Counted from the stretch's first letter, positions 1 through 10,539 are shown. The stretch: 64,000 nt of DNA from a bacterium (GCA_965204535.1 OZ241996.1:160001-224000), one strand, 5' to 3'. Notes: generated by a model not told the origin, from the sequence alone. Made by a program: numbers and translations.

Positions 1-815
1 ATCGCGACGGCCTCTCCGTGGAGCAGTTCGGACGAATAGCCCGCCAGCGCCTCCACCGCGTGTCCGAGCGTGTGGCCGTAGTTGAGTATCTGCCTCAAGC
101 CCGACTCGCGCTCGTCCTCCTCGACGACGCGCGCCTTGATCCGGCAGTTCGCCGCGACGACGCGCGCCATCACGCCCGCCTCGCGCGAGAGAACCTGCGC
201 CTTGTTCTTCTCCAAAAAGGAAAAAAGACGGGCATCCGCAATCGCCGCGTGCTTGACCACCTCGGCCAGCCCCGCCCGGAATTCCCGCTCGGGCAGCGTT
301 TTGAGCGCAGAGGTGTCACTCACCACCGCCGCCGGCTGATGAAACGCGCCCACGAGGTTTTTCCCAAATCTGTGATCGATCGCCGTCTTGCCGCCCACCG
401 CGCTGTCCACCTGGGCGAGGAGCGTCGTCGGCGCCTGGACGTAGGGAACCCCCCTTAAGAATACGGCCGCCGCGAATCCGGCGATGTCGCCCACGACGCC
501 GCCGCCCAGGGCCACGGCGCCGCAGCCCCTGTCCAGCCTCATGGACGCCATCCTGTCGAGAATTCGGGACAACTGCGGCATCGACTTGCTCACCTCGCCC
601 GCCGGAACCCTGAGGGAAGACGCCTGGACACCCTCCGCCGCGAGCGAATCGAGCGCTCGCTCGGCATAGAGCGGCGCTACGTTCGTGTCCGTCACGACGA
701 GCGCCCGCCCGCCCCTGAAATGGCGCAGGCAGACTTTTCCGATATCCCCGAGCGCGTCCGCCCCGATTCTGATCGTGTAGGAGCGCTCTCCCAGATGAAC
801 GCGGACGTTTTTCAT
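1..815 (-). CDS. aroB: 3-dehydroquinate synthase (3' end runs off window)
   Basis: Manual translation from ATG at 815: MKNVRVHLGERSYTIRIG...ALGGGVVGDIAGFAAA...PTTLLAQVDSAVGGKTAI...GKNLVGAFHQP...LNYGHTLGHAVE; ATGA overlap with pilM stop. Confidence 0.95.
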   Translation of the reverse strand, partial: MKNVRVHLGERSYTIRIGADALGDIGKVCLRHFRGGRALVVTDTNVAPLYAERALDSLAAEGVQASSLRVPAGEVSKSMPQLSRILDRMASMRLDRGCGAVALGGGVVGDIAGFAAAVFLRGVPYVQAPTTLLAQVDSAVGGKTAIDHRFGKNLVGAFHQPAAVVSDTSALKTLPEREFRAGLAEVVKHAAIADARLFSFLEKNKAQVLSREAGVMARVVAANCRIKARVVEEDERESGLRQILNYGHTLGHAVEALAGYSSELLHGEAVA

Positions 816-1864
816 ACAGACTCCACCGCGCGATACGCCAGCCCCGCACCGATGGCGGCGGCGGGAGCGAGAGATTCCACCAGACCTGAATCGAACGCCT
901 CTTCGGGCGCTTCCACGTGGCGGAAGGGTTTCAGGATTTCCACGGGCGCATCGAGCGCCGCCGCCAGGCGCTCCGGCAACCCTTCGAGCAGCGCCCCGCC
1001 TCCGGAGAGAACCACCCGCTCCACTTCAGCGGCGGGCGTTATCGGCCACATCAACCGGAACGTTCCATCGAGCTCGTATGCCAGTTTTTGCGCCTCCTCG
1101 CGGAGAACGTCGTCCAGCGCATCGGGGTCGGCGGCGGTCGCCTCCCCTCGCTTGACGGCCTCCGCCTCCTCGCGGGAGATCGCCAGACGATCCGACAACG
1201 ATCTCGTCAACTCCTCTCCCCCGAACGGAACCGCCCTGGTGATCAGCGTGTGCTCGTCGCACACCACGTTCACCAGCGTCTCGGATGCGCCGATGTCCAC
1301 CAGGGCGGTGATTTCCCCTTCCTCGCGCATGCCCGAGAGTTCGAAGGCGCTCTCCATCGCCAGGAAGTTCACGTCGACGACCAGGGGTTCACAGCGAACC
1401 CGCCTAAAAAAAGCCAGCAGCGCATCAAGCGGCTCGCGCCTCACGGCGATCATCAGATACTCATCCAGCCGCTCGGTCCGTTTTTCGATTTGGCCGATTC
1501 GCAGGTGAGACAGGCGCACCTCTTCCAAAGGATATGGCAGCACCTGGGTCGCTTCGGCTTCCAGAGCGTCGACGACGGGAAAATCCTCCTCGGCGGGCAG
1601 CAGCACCGTCCGCACCGTGGCCGCCCGGCCCGAAAGCGCCACGACCACCTTCCTCTCTTCCCCCTCTCCGGCGGGGAGCAATTCCCCCAGCGCCCGCTCG
1701 ACCTCCTCGGGGTCATGCACGAAGCCGCCCCGCACGGCGCCCGGAGCCAGGGGAACCGCGCCCAGACGCGAGAGGACGAGGCGCTCGTCTTTCTTTTCGA
1801 GTTTCACCAGCTTGACGGCGGAACTCCCGATGTCGATGGCCAAAGGCGTGGACTCGTCGGACAC
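812..1864 (-). CDS. pilM: Type IV pilus assembly protein PilM (actin-like ATPase)
   Basis: AIDIGSSAVKLV, LVDIGASET, VLSGGGALL motifs; adjacency to aroB. Confidence 0.88.
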   Translation of the reverse strand: MSDESTPLAIDIGSSAVKLVKLEKKDERLVLSRLGAVPLAPGAVRGGFVHDPEEVERALGELLPAGEGEERKVVVALSGRAATVRTVLLPAEEDFPVVDALEAEATQVLPYPLEEVRLSHLRIGQIEKRTERLDEYLMIAVRREPLDALLAFFRRVRCEPLVVDVNFLAMESAFELSGMREEGEITALVDIGASETLVNVVCDEHTLITRAVPFGGEELTRSLSDRLAISREEAEAVKRGEATAADPDALDDVLREEAQKLAYELDGTFRLMWPITPAAEVERVVLSGGGALLEGLPERLAAALDAPVEILKPFRHVEAPEEAFDSGLVESLAPAAAIGAGLAYRAVESV

Positions 1865-1890
1865 GATGGTTCTCTACCAAGAGAAGAAAG

Positions 1891-2787
1891 TTAAAACAGC
1901 CGAACGGGCGCAAGGGTGAACGTACAAATCAGAATTATCATACACGCAAATCCCCAAAAACGCCTCTTGCGCGTCAGGGGCTCCCACTCGTCCATGAGCG
2001 GCGGATGGCGCCTGCCCAACAGGAGCACGATCACGCTCCAGAATATCCAGCCGGGCCACCAGTATCCCATCGCCAGCAGAACGAGGCCGACGGCGAGGGA
2101 AATCCTCGCGTGCCACCTCCCGAGAAGCGTGTAGACGACGTGGCCGCCGTCGAGCTGTCCGGCGGGGATGAGGTTCAAGGCCGTCACCAGCAACCCGCAC
2201 CAGCCCGCAAAGGCCACCGGGTGGAGAACGATGGTCTGGCCCCTGGGGATAGGGCCGTGCACCAGCCACGCGAGACCGTCGAACAAAAGCGGCGTCCCCA
2301 GCCCGATGCCGGGTGAGGCGCCGCCGGGGGCGAGTCTGGACATCGTCAACCCGATGAGGAGGGCCGGAACCGCCGCGGCCAGACCGGCCAACGGCCCCGC
2401 CACGGCCACGTCCATCAGGGCGTTTCGGTTCAGAATCCCGCCGCGTATGCGGATGACCGCGCCGAACGTCCCCAGCAAAGAGGGGGCCGGCAGGAAATAG
2501 GGCAGCGAAGCGTCCACCCCCCATTTTCGGCTCGCGACGTAATGGCCCATCTCGTGCGCGCCGAGAATCAGGAGCAGCGTCAGCGAATAGGGCAGTCCAA
2601 CCAGCAGCGCCGCCGGCTGTGAGAAGACGGCGTCGGGCGCGACGCCGCGCTGGAGCGCGCCCGCCATCAAGGTGGAGAACAGCGTCAGGACGAACATCAA
2701 CGCGGGTATCCCGACTGTTCGCCAGGAGGGAACCCTCGTATCGGTCACACTCTCGAAAGGAGCAGCGGCTGGGATTGTCATACGCAT
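1891..2787 (-). CDS. Site-2 protease, M50 family membrane metalloprotease (start uncertain)
   Basis: HEMGH, AGP and NLIPAGQLDGG motifs; multiple hydrophobic segments. Confidence 0.88.
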   Translation of the reverse strand: MRMTIPAAAPFESVTDTRVPSWRTVGIPALMFVLTLFSTLMAGALQRGVAPDAVFSQPAALLVGLPYSLTLLLILGAHEMGHYVASRKWGVDASLPYFLPAPSLLGTFGAVIRIRGGILNRNALMDVAVAGPLAGLAAAVPALLIGLTMSRLAPGGASPGIGLGTPLLFDGLAWLVHGPIPRGQTIVLHPVAFAGWCGLLVTALNLIPAGQLDGGHVVYTLLGRWHARISLAVGLVLLAMGYWWPGWIFWSVIVLLLGRRHPPLMDEWEPLTRKRRFWGFACMIILICTFTLAPVRLF

Positions 2788-3050
2788 CTGGTGTGGAAAT
2801 ACCTCCCCATCCGGCCCGAAACCATCCACACGCTCATCGGGCGTCTGTTCCTTGCGCGGGGCCTCGTGGAGAGGACGACCGCGCGGTCCGAAGTTCCCTG
2901 CCTGCTCGTTCAATTGCAGTGTCCACGGCGGATGAAAAGGAGAAATCGCGCATCGCGGGATTCTAACCCAACCCGCGCGGTTCACGCACCTTGACACTTC
3001 CCCGCGCAATTCCTACCCTCGCGTGTGACCCGTCCGCCCGCGAGAAAGAA

Positions 3051-4586
3051 ATGCCCAAAAACATCTGGAAACTCATGGTCGCCGCCTGTGTCGCCGCGTC
3101 GTTCATTTCGGGATGCAAGGCGGCCCTCCCCCCGGACCCGTCCCGAAAGGAAGCCGCGCCCGTCCGGAAGACGACGCCCGCTCCCGAGGCGAAACGCAAG
3201 AGCGAGACGCCGCCCGAGAAGAGCGGCCCCGAATCCGTGGATGCCGCGCAAAAAGCCCCTCCCGCGAAGACGGCGGCAGGGTCCGCTCCCCCGCCGGGGG
3301 AAACCTCCGGGACCGCGCGCGCCGAAGTGCCCCCTCCGAAAAAGATAGAAGAACCCGCCTTGCCGCCGGAGGTGAACGCCGGTCGCGTGGGGGTCATGCT
3401 CCCGCTCTCGGGCGCCCTGGGCGCCGCGGGCGGACGCGTCCACCAGGGAATCCAGTTGGCGCTTCGCCACAGCCTGGCGAAATATCCGGGCCTCAGGATT
3501 CAACTCGCGATTCGCGACACGAAAAGCACGGCGCATTCCGCGGACGACGCGGCGGAAGTCGTCGCCGATCTGATCGAGAAAGAAGGAGCGATCGCCCTCA
3601 TCGGCCCGCTCATCACCGAGGCGGCGGAAGGCGCTGCCCGGGTCGCGAACCGCCTGGAAACCCCCATGCTCACGCCGTTTGCCCTGAGAATGCGCATGAA
3701 CCCCGATTTCCCCTGGGTGTTCCGCAATTCGCTCACGAACCGCCTCCAGGCCCAGGGCGTCGCCGCCTACGCCATCCAGTATCTCGGGATGCGGCGCTTC
3801 GCCGTTCTGTACCCGGCGGAGCGCGACGGGATAGAGCTGACCGACGCCTTCACACAGGCGGTGGATAACCTGGGAGGCGAGGTCGTCAAGATCGTTTCCT
3901 TCCCGGAGAACGCCACCGATTTCAGGGCGCAGATGCTCGCGCTCGGCGGCGTGGACGATCGCCGCCTGAAGAGGCGGAGGCGCTCGCTCGGCCTCAAGAG
4001 AACCGACCCTGACCCAATCAACCTGAACTTCGAGGCGCTCTTCGCACCCGTCCGTCACGAGGAGGCGGTGCTCATCGCGCCGCAGGTCCTCTTCTACAAC
4101 ATGCGCGCGGTCAGGCTCCTGGGCGGCAGCGGATGGAACGACCCCCGCCTGCTCGAACACGGGGAGCGCTACGTGGAGGGCGCGGTCTTCGTCGACGGGT
4201 TTTTCCCGGGCTCGGCGGAACCGATGGTCGCGCGTTTCGTGAACGAGTTCCAAAAGATTTTCGGCCGAACGCCCGACATTTTCTCGGCCCTGGGCTACGA
4301 CGCGGCGCGAATCATCTTCTCGGCCCTCGCCCGAGGGGCGAAGACGAGGGAGGACGTGAGGCGGTATCTCGCCGCCCTCCGGGGCTTCGAGGGCGTCACG
4401 GGCCTCACGGACATGGGAGCGGACAACGACGCCGCGCGCCAGTTGTTCGTGCTGTCCGTGCAGGAGAAAGAAATCCGGCATCTTCAGATGGTCACGCCGC
4501 ACCGCAGGTTCGAGGGCGCCTTGCCCGGCGCGGCATGGCGCGAGGGCGCGCTGCTCCCCCCGGTACCGAACCCCGCGACGCAGTGA
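3051..4586 (+). CDS. LpoA/LppC-like lipoprotein with periplasmic-binding-protein type 1 fold
   Basis: Lipobox (ISGC) after MPKNIWK; Pro-rich linker; VGVMLPLSG, ALIGPL, ALGYDAA motifs. Confidence 0.75.
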   Translation: MPKNIWKLMVAACVAASFISGCKAALPPDPSRKEAAPVRKTTPAPEAKRKSETPPEKSGPESVDAAQKAPPAKTAAGSAPPPGETSGTARAEVPPPKKIEEPALPPEVNAGRVGVMLPLSGALGAAGGRVHQGIQLALRHSLAKYPGLRIQLAIRDTKSTAHSADDAAEVVADLIEKEGAIALIGPLITEAAEGAARVANRLETPMLTPFALRMRMNPDFPWVFRNSLTNRLQAQGVAAYAIQYLGMRRFAVLYPAERDGIELTDAFTQAVDNLGGEVVKIVSFPENATDFRAQMLALGGVDDRRLKRRRRSLGLKRTDPDPINLNFEALFAPVRHEEAVLIAPQVLFYNMRAVRLLGGSGWNDPRLLEHGERYVEGAVFVDGFFPGSAEPMVARFVNEFQKIFGRTPDIFSALGYDAARIIFSALARGAKTREDVRRYLAALRGFEGVTGLTDMGADNDAARQLFVLSVQEKEIRHLQMVTPHRRFEGALPGAAWREGALLPPVPNPATQ

Positions 4587-4722
4587 GGGGAAGATGAAAC
4601 CGGAACATCCGGGCCTGTTGGAAAACCCGCCGCGCACACCCTCGAATGAAGGCCGTAGGGGCGGCCCCCCGTGGCCACCCTCGTCATCGACTGGAAAACC
4701 ACCCCCCCTACCCCCCCTTGTC

Positions 4723-6232
4723 GGGGCTGTTGAAAAACCCTGTTTTGAAGCAGGGGGTATGGCGGCTCACGCGGCTTGGGATAGGAAGCCCAATCGGCGC
4801 GTGAGGCCGCGATATGCGCGCAGACGGCGTCTCCGGGCGGCCCAGGCCCTCCACAGAGCGAATATATCCGCCGCAAAAGCGGCGGCCAGCCGCTTGAGGT
4901 TCACCGCAGTCGCCGTCAGGTAGGCCTGGATCCTCATGTTCGCAAGGCCCCGGCGCACCGCCCGCCCCAGTCCGTGCCGACTCTTCGCTTCGCCGTGGTA
5001 GCCCTCCGAACGCGACATGTGGCGGCGCCACAGCCGGCCCTCCTCCTCCCCCCGGCGCGCGTGCCGCCGGCGCGCGCGCAACAGCGCCGGATATTCATGC
5101 GGAATCAGCACCGTCCTGCTCGTGTGCGACTTGGGCAGACAATCCGACCTCAGCGCGCAGCCCGCGCAATCGCGCGTCCTCGAACCATAGTAGCGCCCCC
5201 GCTCCGTCTCCTTCCGGGGACGCAGCGTCTTGCCGCCCGGACACTTCACCACCTTGTGCCGCTCGTCGTAGCGGAACAACTGCAGCGGAACACGGCTCTG
5301 GGAAGGCTCCTTCTTCGCCGGTATCAGCGCATCAACACCCCGCCGCTCCAATCCCGCATACACCTTCGAGTACGCATAACCACTATCCGCCGTCACCACC
5401 GCGGGCGCGCGACCCGTGAGCTCGCAAACCGCATCCAACTGCGGCTCCATCATCTCCCGCTCGTTCAACGTCCCCGCCGTCACCTCTACGTCGAGGACAA
5501 CGCCCCGCTCGTCGTCCACCACCGCGTGGTGCTTGTAGCTCGGCTCGAACCCCGCCCGAGCGCTCTTGCGCGCCAGGCGCGCGTCGGGGTCCGTACGGCT
5601 CACCGGACCCGAACCCCCGCCCTTCTTCCCCGCCTCATCCGCCGAGTCGTTCTCCCGCACCACCTTCTCCGCGTGGCGCGCCGCCAGACTCTCCCAACTC
5701 ACGTCCGCACGTATCAAAGACGCGTCCATGTGAACCACTTCCCCCTTCGCCACCTGCGCCTCCAGGCACGCCTGAACCGTGCGGCGCAATATCTCCTTGA
5801 ACCGCGCCTCCCCCCACCGCTGGCGAATCCGCGTCAGGCTCGAATGATCCGGCAACTCCTCGTGCAGCTCGTAACCGATGAACCACCGGATCGCCAGGTT
5901 CACCTGCGCCTCGCGAAGCAGATGCCGGTCGTGAACGTGGCCCAGCAGCAGGCCCGCCAGCATCAACCGCACCACCACTTCCGGGTCGATCCCCGGTCGA
6001 CCGTTGTCCGCGCAATAGCACTCCGCCACCTCCTCGCGAAGCCAGCTCAAATCCAGTACGCGGTTCACCCGGAACAATATGTAATCTTCGGGAATCAACT
6101 GCTCCAGCGAACCGGCCACGAACAATTCCATCTGCCCGCGCCTCTTGCGGTCCAACATCGGGGAATCTCCCATCTCGGGCGAGGGGGGATAACTCCATAC
6201 GATCACAAAACCAGGGGTTTTTCAACAGGCCC
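4723..6232 (-). mobile_element. IS1182-family element, copy 1
   Basis: Terminal IRs GGGGCTGTTGAAAAACCC / GGGTTTTTCAACAGGCCC; 5-bp TSD TTGTC at 4718-4722 and 6233-6237. Confidence 0.9.
4767..6158 (-). CDS. IS1182-family transposase
   Basis: GRPGIDP, LPDHSSLTRIR, HMDAS, ADSGY, SEGYHGEAK, C-terminal Cys cluster (DUF772 + DDE type); start taken at MLDRK. Confidence 0.9.
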   Translation of the reverse strand: MLDRKRRGQMELFVAGSLEQLIPEDYILFRVNRVLDLSWLREEVAECYCADNGRPGIDPEVVVRLMLAGLLLGHVHDRHLLREAQVNLAIRWFIGYELHEELPDHSSLTRIRQRWGEARFKEILRRTVQACLEAQVAKGEVVHMDASLIRADVSWESLAARHAEKVVRENDSADEAGKKGGGSGPVSRTDPDARLARKSARAGFEPSYKHHAVVDDERGVVLDVEVTAGTLNEREMMEPQLDAVCELTGRAPAVVTADSGYAYSKVYAGLERRGVDALIPAKKEPSQSRVPLQLFRYDERHKVVKCPGGKTLRPRKETERGRYYGSRTRDCAGCALRSDCLPKSHTSRTVLIPHEYPALLRARRRHARRGEEEGRLWRRHMSRSEGYHGEAKSRHGLGRAVRRGLANMRIQAYLTATAVNLKRLAAAFAADIFALWRAWAARRRRLRAYRGLTRRLGFLSQAA

Positions 6233-6407
6233 TTGTCAGGGGGGTAAAAAGAAACAAAAGTCCGCTTGTCAGGGGGTATCAAAAGGCGATGCGCCCCCGC
6301 CGGGCCGAGGGGGTTTTGCTTTTTATTGCCCCCCTGACAAGGGGGGGTAGGGGGGGTGCCTTTATGAGATTTCCCTCTCAAGGGGAGTTTTTCAACACCC
6401 CCTCAAG

Positions 6408-7920
6408 GGGGCTGTTGAAAAACCCCGTTTTGAAGCGGGATGTATGGCGGCTCACGCGGCCTGGGAGAGGAAGCCCAATCGGCGCGTGAGGCCGCGATAT
6501 GCGCTCATTCGGCGTTTCCGGGCGGCCCAAGCCCGCCACAGAGCGAATAAACCCGCGGCCACAGCGGCGGCGAGCCGCTTGAGGTTCACCGCAGTCGCCG
6601 TCAGGTAGGCCTGGATCTTCACGTTCGCAAGACCCCGGCGTACCGCCCGCGCCAGTCCGTGCCGACTCTTCGCCTCGCCGTGATAGCCCTCCGAGCGACC
6701 CATGTGGCGCCGCCACAGCCGACCCTCCTCCTCCCCACGGCGCGCGTGGCGACGGCGCGCGCGCAACAGCGCCGGATACTCGTGCGGAATCAGAACCGCC
6801 CTGCTCGTGCGAGACGCCGACAGACAATCGGCCTTGAGCGCGCACCCCGCGCAATCGCGGGTCCTCGATACATACCAGCGCCCCCGCTCCGTCTCCTTCC
6901 GGGGGCGCAGCGTCTTGCCCCCCGGACACTTCACCACCTTGTGACGCTCGTCGTAGCGGAACAGTTGCAGCGGAACACGGCTCTGGGAAGGCTCCTTCTT
7001 CGCCGGTATCACCGCGTCCACCCCCCGACGCTCCAATGCGCCGTACACCTTCGAATACGCATAACCACTATCCGCCGTCACCACCGCGGGCGCGCGACCC
7101 GTGAGCTCGCAAACCGCATCCAGCTGCGGCTCCATCATCTCCCGCTCGTTCAACGTCCCCTCCGTCACCTCTACGTCGAGAACCACCCCACGCTCGTCGT
7201 CCACCACCGCGTGGTGCTTGTAGCTCGGCTCGAACCCCGCCCGAGCGCTCTTGCGCGCCAGGCGAGCGTCGGGGTCCGTTCGGCTCACCGGACCCGAACC
7301 GCCGCCGCCCTTCTTCCCCGTCTCATCCGCCGAGTCGTTCTCCCGCACCACCTTCTCCGCGTGGCGCTCCGCCAGACTCTCCCAGCTCACGTCCGCACGT
7401 ATCAAAGACGCGTCCATGTGAACCACTTCTCCCTTCGCCACCTTCGCCTCCACGCAAGACTGAACCGTGCGCCGAAATATCTCCTTGAACCGCTCCTCCC
7501 CCCAGCGCTGGCGAATCCGCGTCAGGCTCGAATGATCCGGCAAATCCTCGTCCAGCCTGTACCCGATGAACCACCGGACCGCCAGATGCGCCTGCGCCTC
7601 GCGCAGCAGGCGGCGGTCCTCCGCGTAGCCCAGCAGCAGGCCCGCCAGCATCAACCGGATCACCACTTCCGGGTCGATCCCCGGTCGACCGTTGTCCGCG
7701 CAATAGCACGCCGCCACTTCCTCGCGAAGCCAACTCAAATCCAGTACGCGGTCCACCTGGCGCAATATGTGATCTTCGGGAATCAACTTCTCCAGCGGGC
7801 CGGCCACGAACAAGTCCATCTGCCCGCGCCTCTTGCGGTCCAACATCTCCGGAACTCCCATCTCGGGCGAGGGGGAATACATCCATACGATCACAAAACC
7901 AGGGGTTTTTCAACAGGCCC
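6408..7920 (-). mobile_element. IS1182-family element, copy 2 (diverged isoform)
   Basis: Same IRs at 6408 and 7903-7920; flanks are not a direct repeat. Confidence 0.88.
6452..7846 (-). CDS. IS1182-family transposase
   Basis: Paralog of the copy 1 transposase with the same motifs. Confidence 0.9.
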   Translation of the reverse strand: MLDRKRRGQMDLFVAGPLEKLIPEDHILRQVDRVLDLSWLREEVAACYCADNGRPGIDPEVVIRLMLAGLLLGYAEDRRLLREAQAHLAVRWFIGYRLDEDLPDHSSLTRIRQRWGEERFKEIFRRTVQSCVEAKVAKGEVVHMDASLIRADVSWESLAERHAEKVVRENDSADETGKKGGGGSGPVSRTDPDARLARKSARAGFEPSYKHHAVVDDERGVVLDVEVTEGTLNEREMMEPQLDAVCELTGRAPAVVTADSGYAYSKVYGALERRGVDAVIPAKKEPSQSRVPLQLFRYDERHKVVKCPGGKTLRPRKETERGRWYVSRTRDCAGCALKADCLSASRTSRAVLIPHEYPALLRARRRHARRGEEEGRLWRRHMGRSEGYHGEAKSRHGLARAVRRGLANVKIQAYLTATAVNLKRLAAAVAAGLFALWRAWAARKRRMSAYRGLTRRLGFLSQAA

Positions 7921-8151
7921 TTGAGGGGCCGTTGAAAAAGTCTTGCAGGCCGGGCCAAGACTTTTTCCCCTTGCAGAGCGTCCAACAACCACTCCCCCCT
8001 TGAGGGTCTGGCTTCCCGAGGGGAAAGCCAGCCGGTGAGGTGAGGAGGATTTTCCCCGAAACCGAACCGGTGGGGGGAGTTTTTTCTGTGGCATGTCCCC
8101 CCACCGAATCGGCCTTCGCCCAAGGGCTCGGCCTCTTCGACTCCCCCTCAA

Positions 8152-9664
8152 GGGGCTGTTGAAAAACCCCGTTTTGAAGCGGGATGTATGGCGGCTCACG
8201 CGGCCTGGGAGAGGAAGCCCAATCGGCGCGTGAGGCCGCGATATGCGCTCATTCGGCGTTTCCGGGCGGCGCAGGCCCTCCACAGAGCGAATATATCCGC
8301 CGCAAAAGCGGCGGCGAGCCGCTTGAGGTTCACCGCAGTCGCCGTCAGGTAGGCCTGGATCCTCATGTTCGCAAGGCCCCGGCGCACCGCCCGCGCCAGT
8401 CCGTGCCGACTCTTCGCTTCGCCGTGGTAGCCCTCCGAACGCGACATGTGGCGGCGCCACAGCCGGCCCTCCTCCTCCCCCCGGCGCGTGTGCCGCCGGC
8501 GCGCGCGCAACAGCGCCGGATACTCGTGCGGAATCAGCACCGTCCTGCTCGTGTGCGACTTGGGCAGACAATCCGACCTCAGCGCGCAGCCCGCGCAATC
8601 GCGCGTCCTCGATACATACCAGCGCCCCCGCTCCGTCTCCTTCCGGGGACGCAGCGTCTTGCCGCCCGGACACTTCACCACCTTGCGCCGCTCGTCGTAG
8701 CGGAACAACTGCAGCGGAACACGGCTCTGGGAAGGCTCCTTCTTCGCCGGAATCACCGCGGCGACGCCACGCCGCTCCAATGCGCCGTACACCTTCGAGT
8801 ACGCATAGCCCGAATCCGCCGTCACCACCGCGGGCGCGCGACCCGTGAGCTCGCAAACCGCATCCAACTGCGGCTCCATCATCTCCCGCTCGTTCAACGT
8901 CCCCGCCGTCACCTCTACGTCGAGGACAACGCCCCGCTCGTCGTCCACCACCGCGTGGTGCTTGTAGCTCGGCTCGAACCCCGCCCGAGCGCTCTTGCGC
9001 GCCAGGCGCGCGTCGGGGTCCGTACGGCTCACCGGACCCGAACCCCCGCCGCCCTTCTTCCCCGCCTCATCCGCCGAGTCGTTCTCCCGCACCACCTTCT
9101 CCGCGTGGCGCGCCGCCAGACTCTCCCAACTCACGTCCGCACGTATCAAAGACGCGTCCATGTGAACCACTTCCCCCTTCGCCACCTGCGCCTCCAGGCA
9201 CGCCTGAACCGTGCGGCGCAATATCTCCTTGAACCGCGCCTCCCCCCACCGCTGACGGATACGCGTCAGGCTCGAATGATCCGGCAACTCCTCGTGCAGC
9301 TCGTAACCGATGAACCACCGGATCGCCAGGTTCACCTGCGCCTCGCGAAGCAGATGCCGGTCGTGAACGTGGCCCAGCAGAAGACCCGCCAGCATCAACC
9401 GCACCACCACTTCCGGGTCGATCCCCGGTCGACCGTTGTCCGCGCAATAGCACTCCGCCACCTCCTCGCGCAGCCAGCTCAAATCCAGTACGCGGTTCAC
9501 CCGGAACAATATGTAATCTTCGGGAATCAACTGCTCCAGCGAACCGGCCACGAACAATTCCATCTGCCCGCGCCTCTTGCGGTCCAACATCGGGGAATCT
9601 CCCATCTCGGGCGAGGGGGGATACATCCATACGATCACAAAACCAGGGGTTTTTCAACAGCCCC
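8152..9664 (-). mobile_element. IS1182-family element, copy 3
   Basis: IRs GGGGCTGTTGAAAAACCCC / GGGGTTTTTCAACAGCCCC; 5-bp TSD CTCAA at 8147-8151 and 9665-9669. Confidence 0.9.
8196..9590 (-). CDS. IS1182-family transposase
   Basis: Paralog, apparently mosaic of copies 1 and 2. Confidence 0.9.
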   Translation of the reverse strand: MLDRKRRGQMELFVAGSLEQLIPEDYILFRVNRVLDLSWLREEVAECYCADNGRPGIDPEVVVRLMLAGLLLGHVHDRHLLREAQVNLAIRWFIGYELHEELPDHSSLTRIRQRWGEARFKEILRRTVQACLEAQVAKGEVVHMDASLIRADVSWESLAARHAEKVVRENDSADEAGKKGGGGSGPVSRTDPDARLARKSARAGFEPSYKHHAVVDDERGVVLDVEVTAGTLNEREMMEPQLDAVCELTGRAPAVVTADSGYAYSKVYGALERRGVAAVIPAKKEPSQSRVPLQLFRYDERRKVVKCPGGKTLRPRKETERGRWYVSRTRDCAGCALRSDCLPKSHTSRTVLIPHEYPALLRARRRHTRRGEEEGRLWRRHMSRSEGYHGEAKSRHGLARAVRRGLANMRIQAYLTATAVNLKRLAAAFAADIFALWRACAARKRRMSAYRGLTRRLGFLSQAA

Positions 9665-9765
9665 CTCAAGGGGGGAGTTGATATGAGATTCTCTTTGGTG
9701 GAGGGAAACCTCCGTAGGTGACGTGCACCGGCTTTTCAGGCAACCTCCTCAAGCCGCGCTTGACC

Positions 9766-10539
9766 TCAGATCTGTATCGCCCCGCACGAGATGGTGTAGG
9801 CCTGTCCGGTGATGCCGGCCGACTCCTCGCTCGCGAGGTACAAGGCCATGGCGGCGATCTCATCGGGCGCCAGGAAACGCCCCATCGGGATGTCATCCTT
9901 GTAGCGATTCATCGCCGCCTCCCTCTCCTCGGCATGGTGGGCAAGACCTTCCTTGAAGGCCGTGACCATGCCCGTGTCCACGAAGCCGGGGCAAATTGCG
10001 TTCACGGTGACGCCCGCCGCCGCCACTTCAAGCGCCACCGAGCGCACGAGGCCCAGCACCCCGTGCTTCGCCGCGTGGTAGGCGCTGCGGTTCGGCCCGC
10101 CGATTTTGCCCGAGACCGAACTGATCGCGATGAGGCGGCCCCAGCCGCGCTCGCTCATCTCCCCGACCGCCGCGCGAAAGGCGTAGAAGGCGCCGTTTAA
10201 GTTCACGCGCATCATCTCGTCCCAAAGGGCGTCGGTGGTTTCCTCGAGCCTGGCGTGGAGGAGCGCGCCCGCGTTGGCGACCAGAATGTCCACGCCGCCA
10301 AGTTCCCGGCCCGCGCGCTGAACGGCTTCGTCCACCCCTTTGGAATCGCCCACGTCGCAGAGAATCGCCAAGGAGCGCCTTCCCTTTTCCCTTATCTCAT
10401 CGGCGACCGCATCGATTTCCGAACTCGTTCTCGCAACAACGGCCACGTCCGCGCCCTCGCTTGCGAATCTGAGCGCGATGGCGCGCCCGATGCCCCGTCC
10501 GCCGCCGGTGACGAACGCGCGTTTGCCCTCAAGCCGCAT
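9766..10539 (-). CDS. Short-chain dehydrogenase/reductase
   Basis: TGGGRGIG, NAG, YHAAK catalytic motif. Confidence 0.92.
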   Translation of the reverse strand: MRLEGKRAFVTGGGRGIGRAIALRFASEGADVAVVARTSSEIDAVADEIREKGRRSLAILCDVGDSKGVDEAVQRAGRELGGVDILVANAGALLHARLEETTDALWDEMMRVNLNGAFYAFRAAVGEMSERGWGRLIAISSVSGKIGGPNRSAYHAAKHGVLGLVRSVALEVAAAGVTVNAICPGFVDTGMVTAFKEGLAHHAEEREAAMNRYKDDIPMGRFLAPDEIAAMALYLASEESAGITGQAYTISCGAIQI

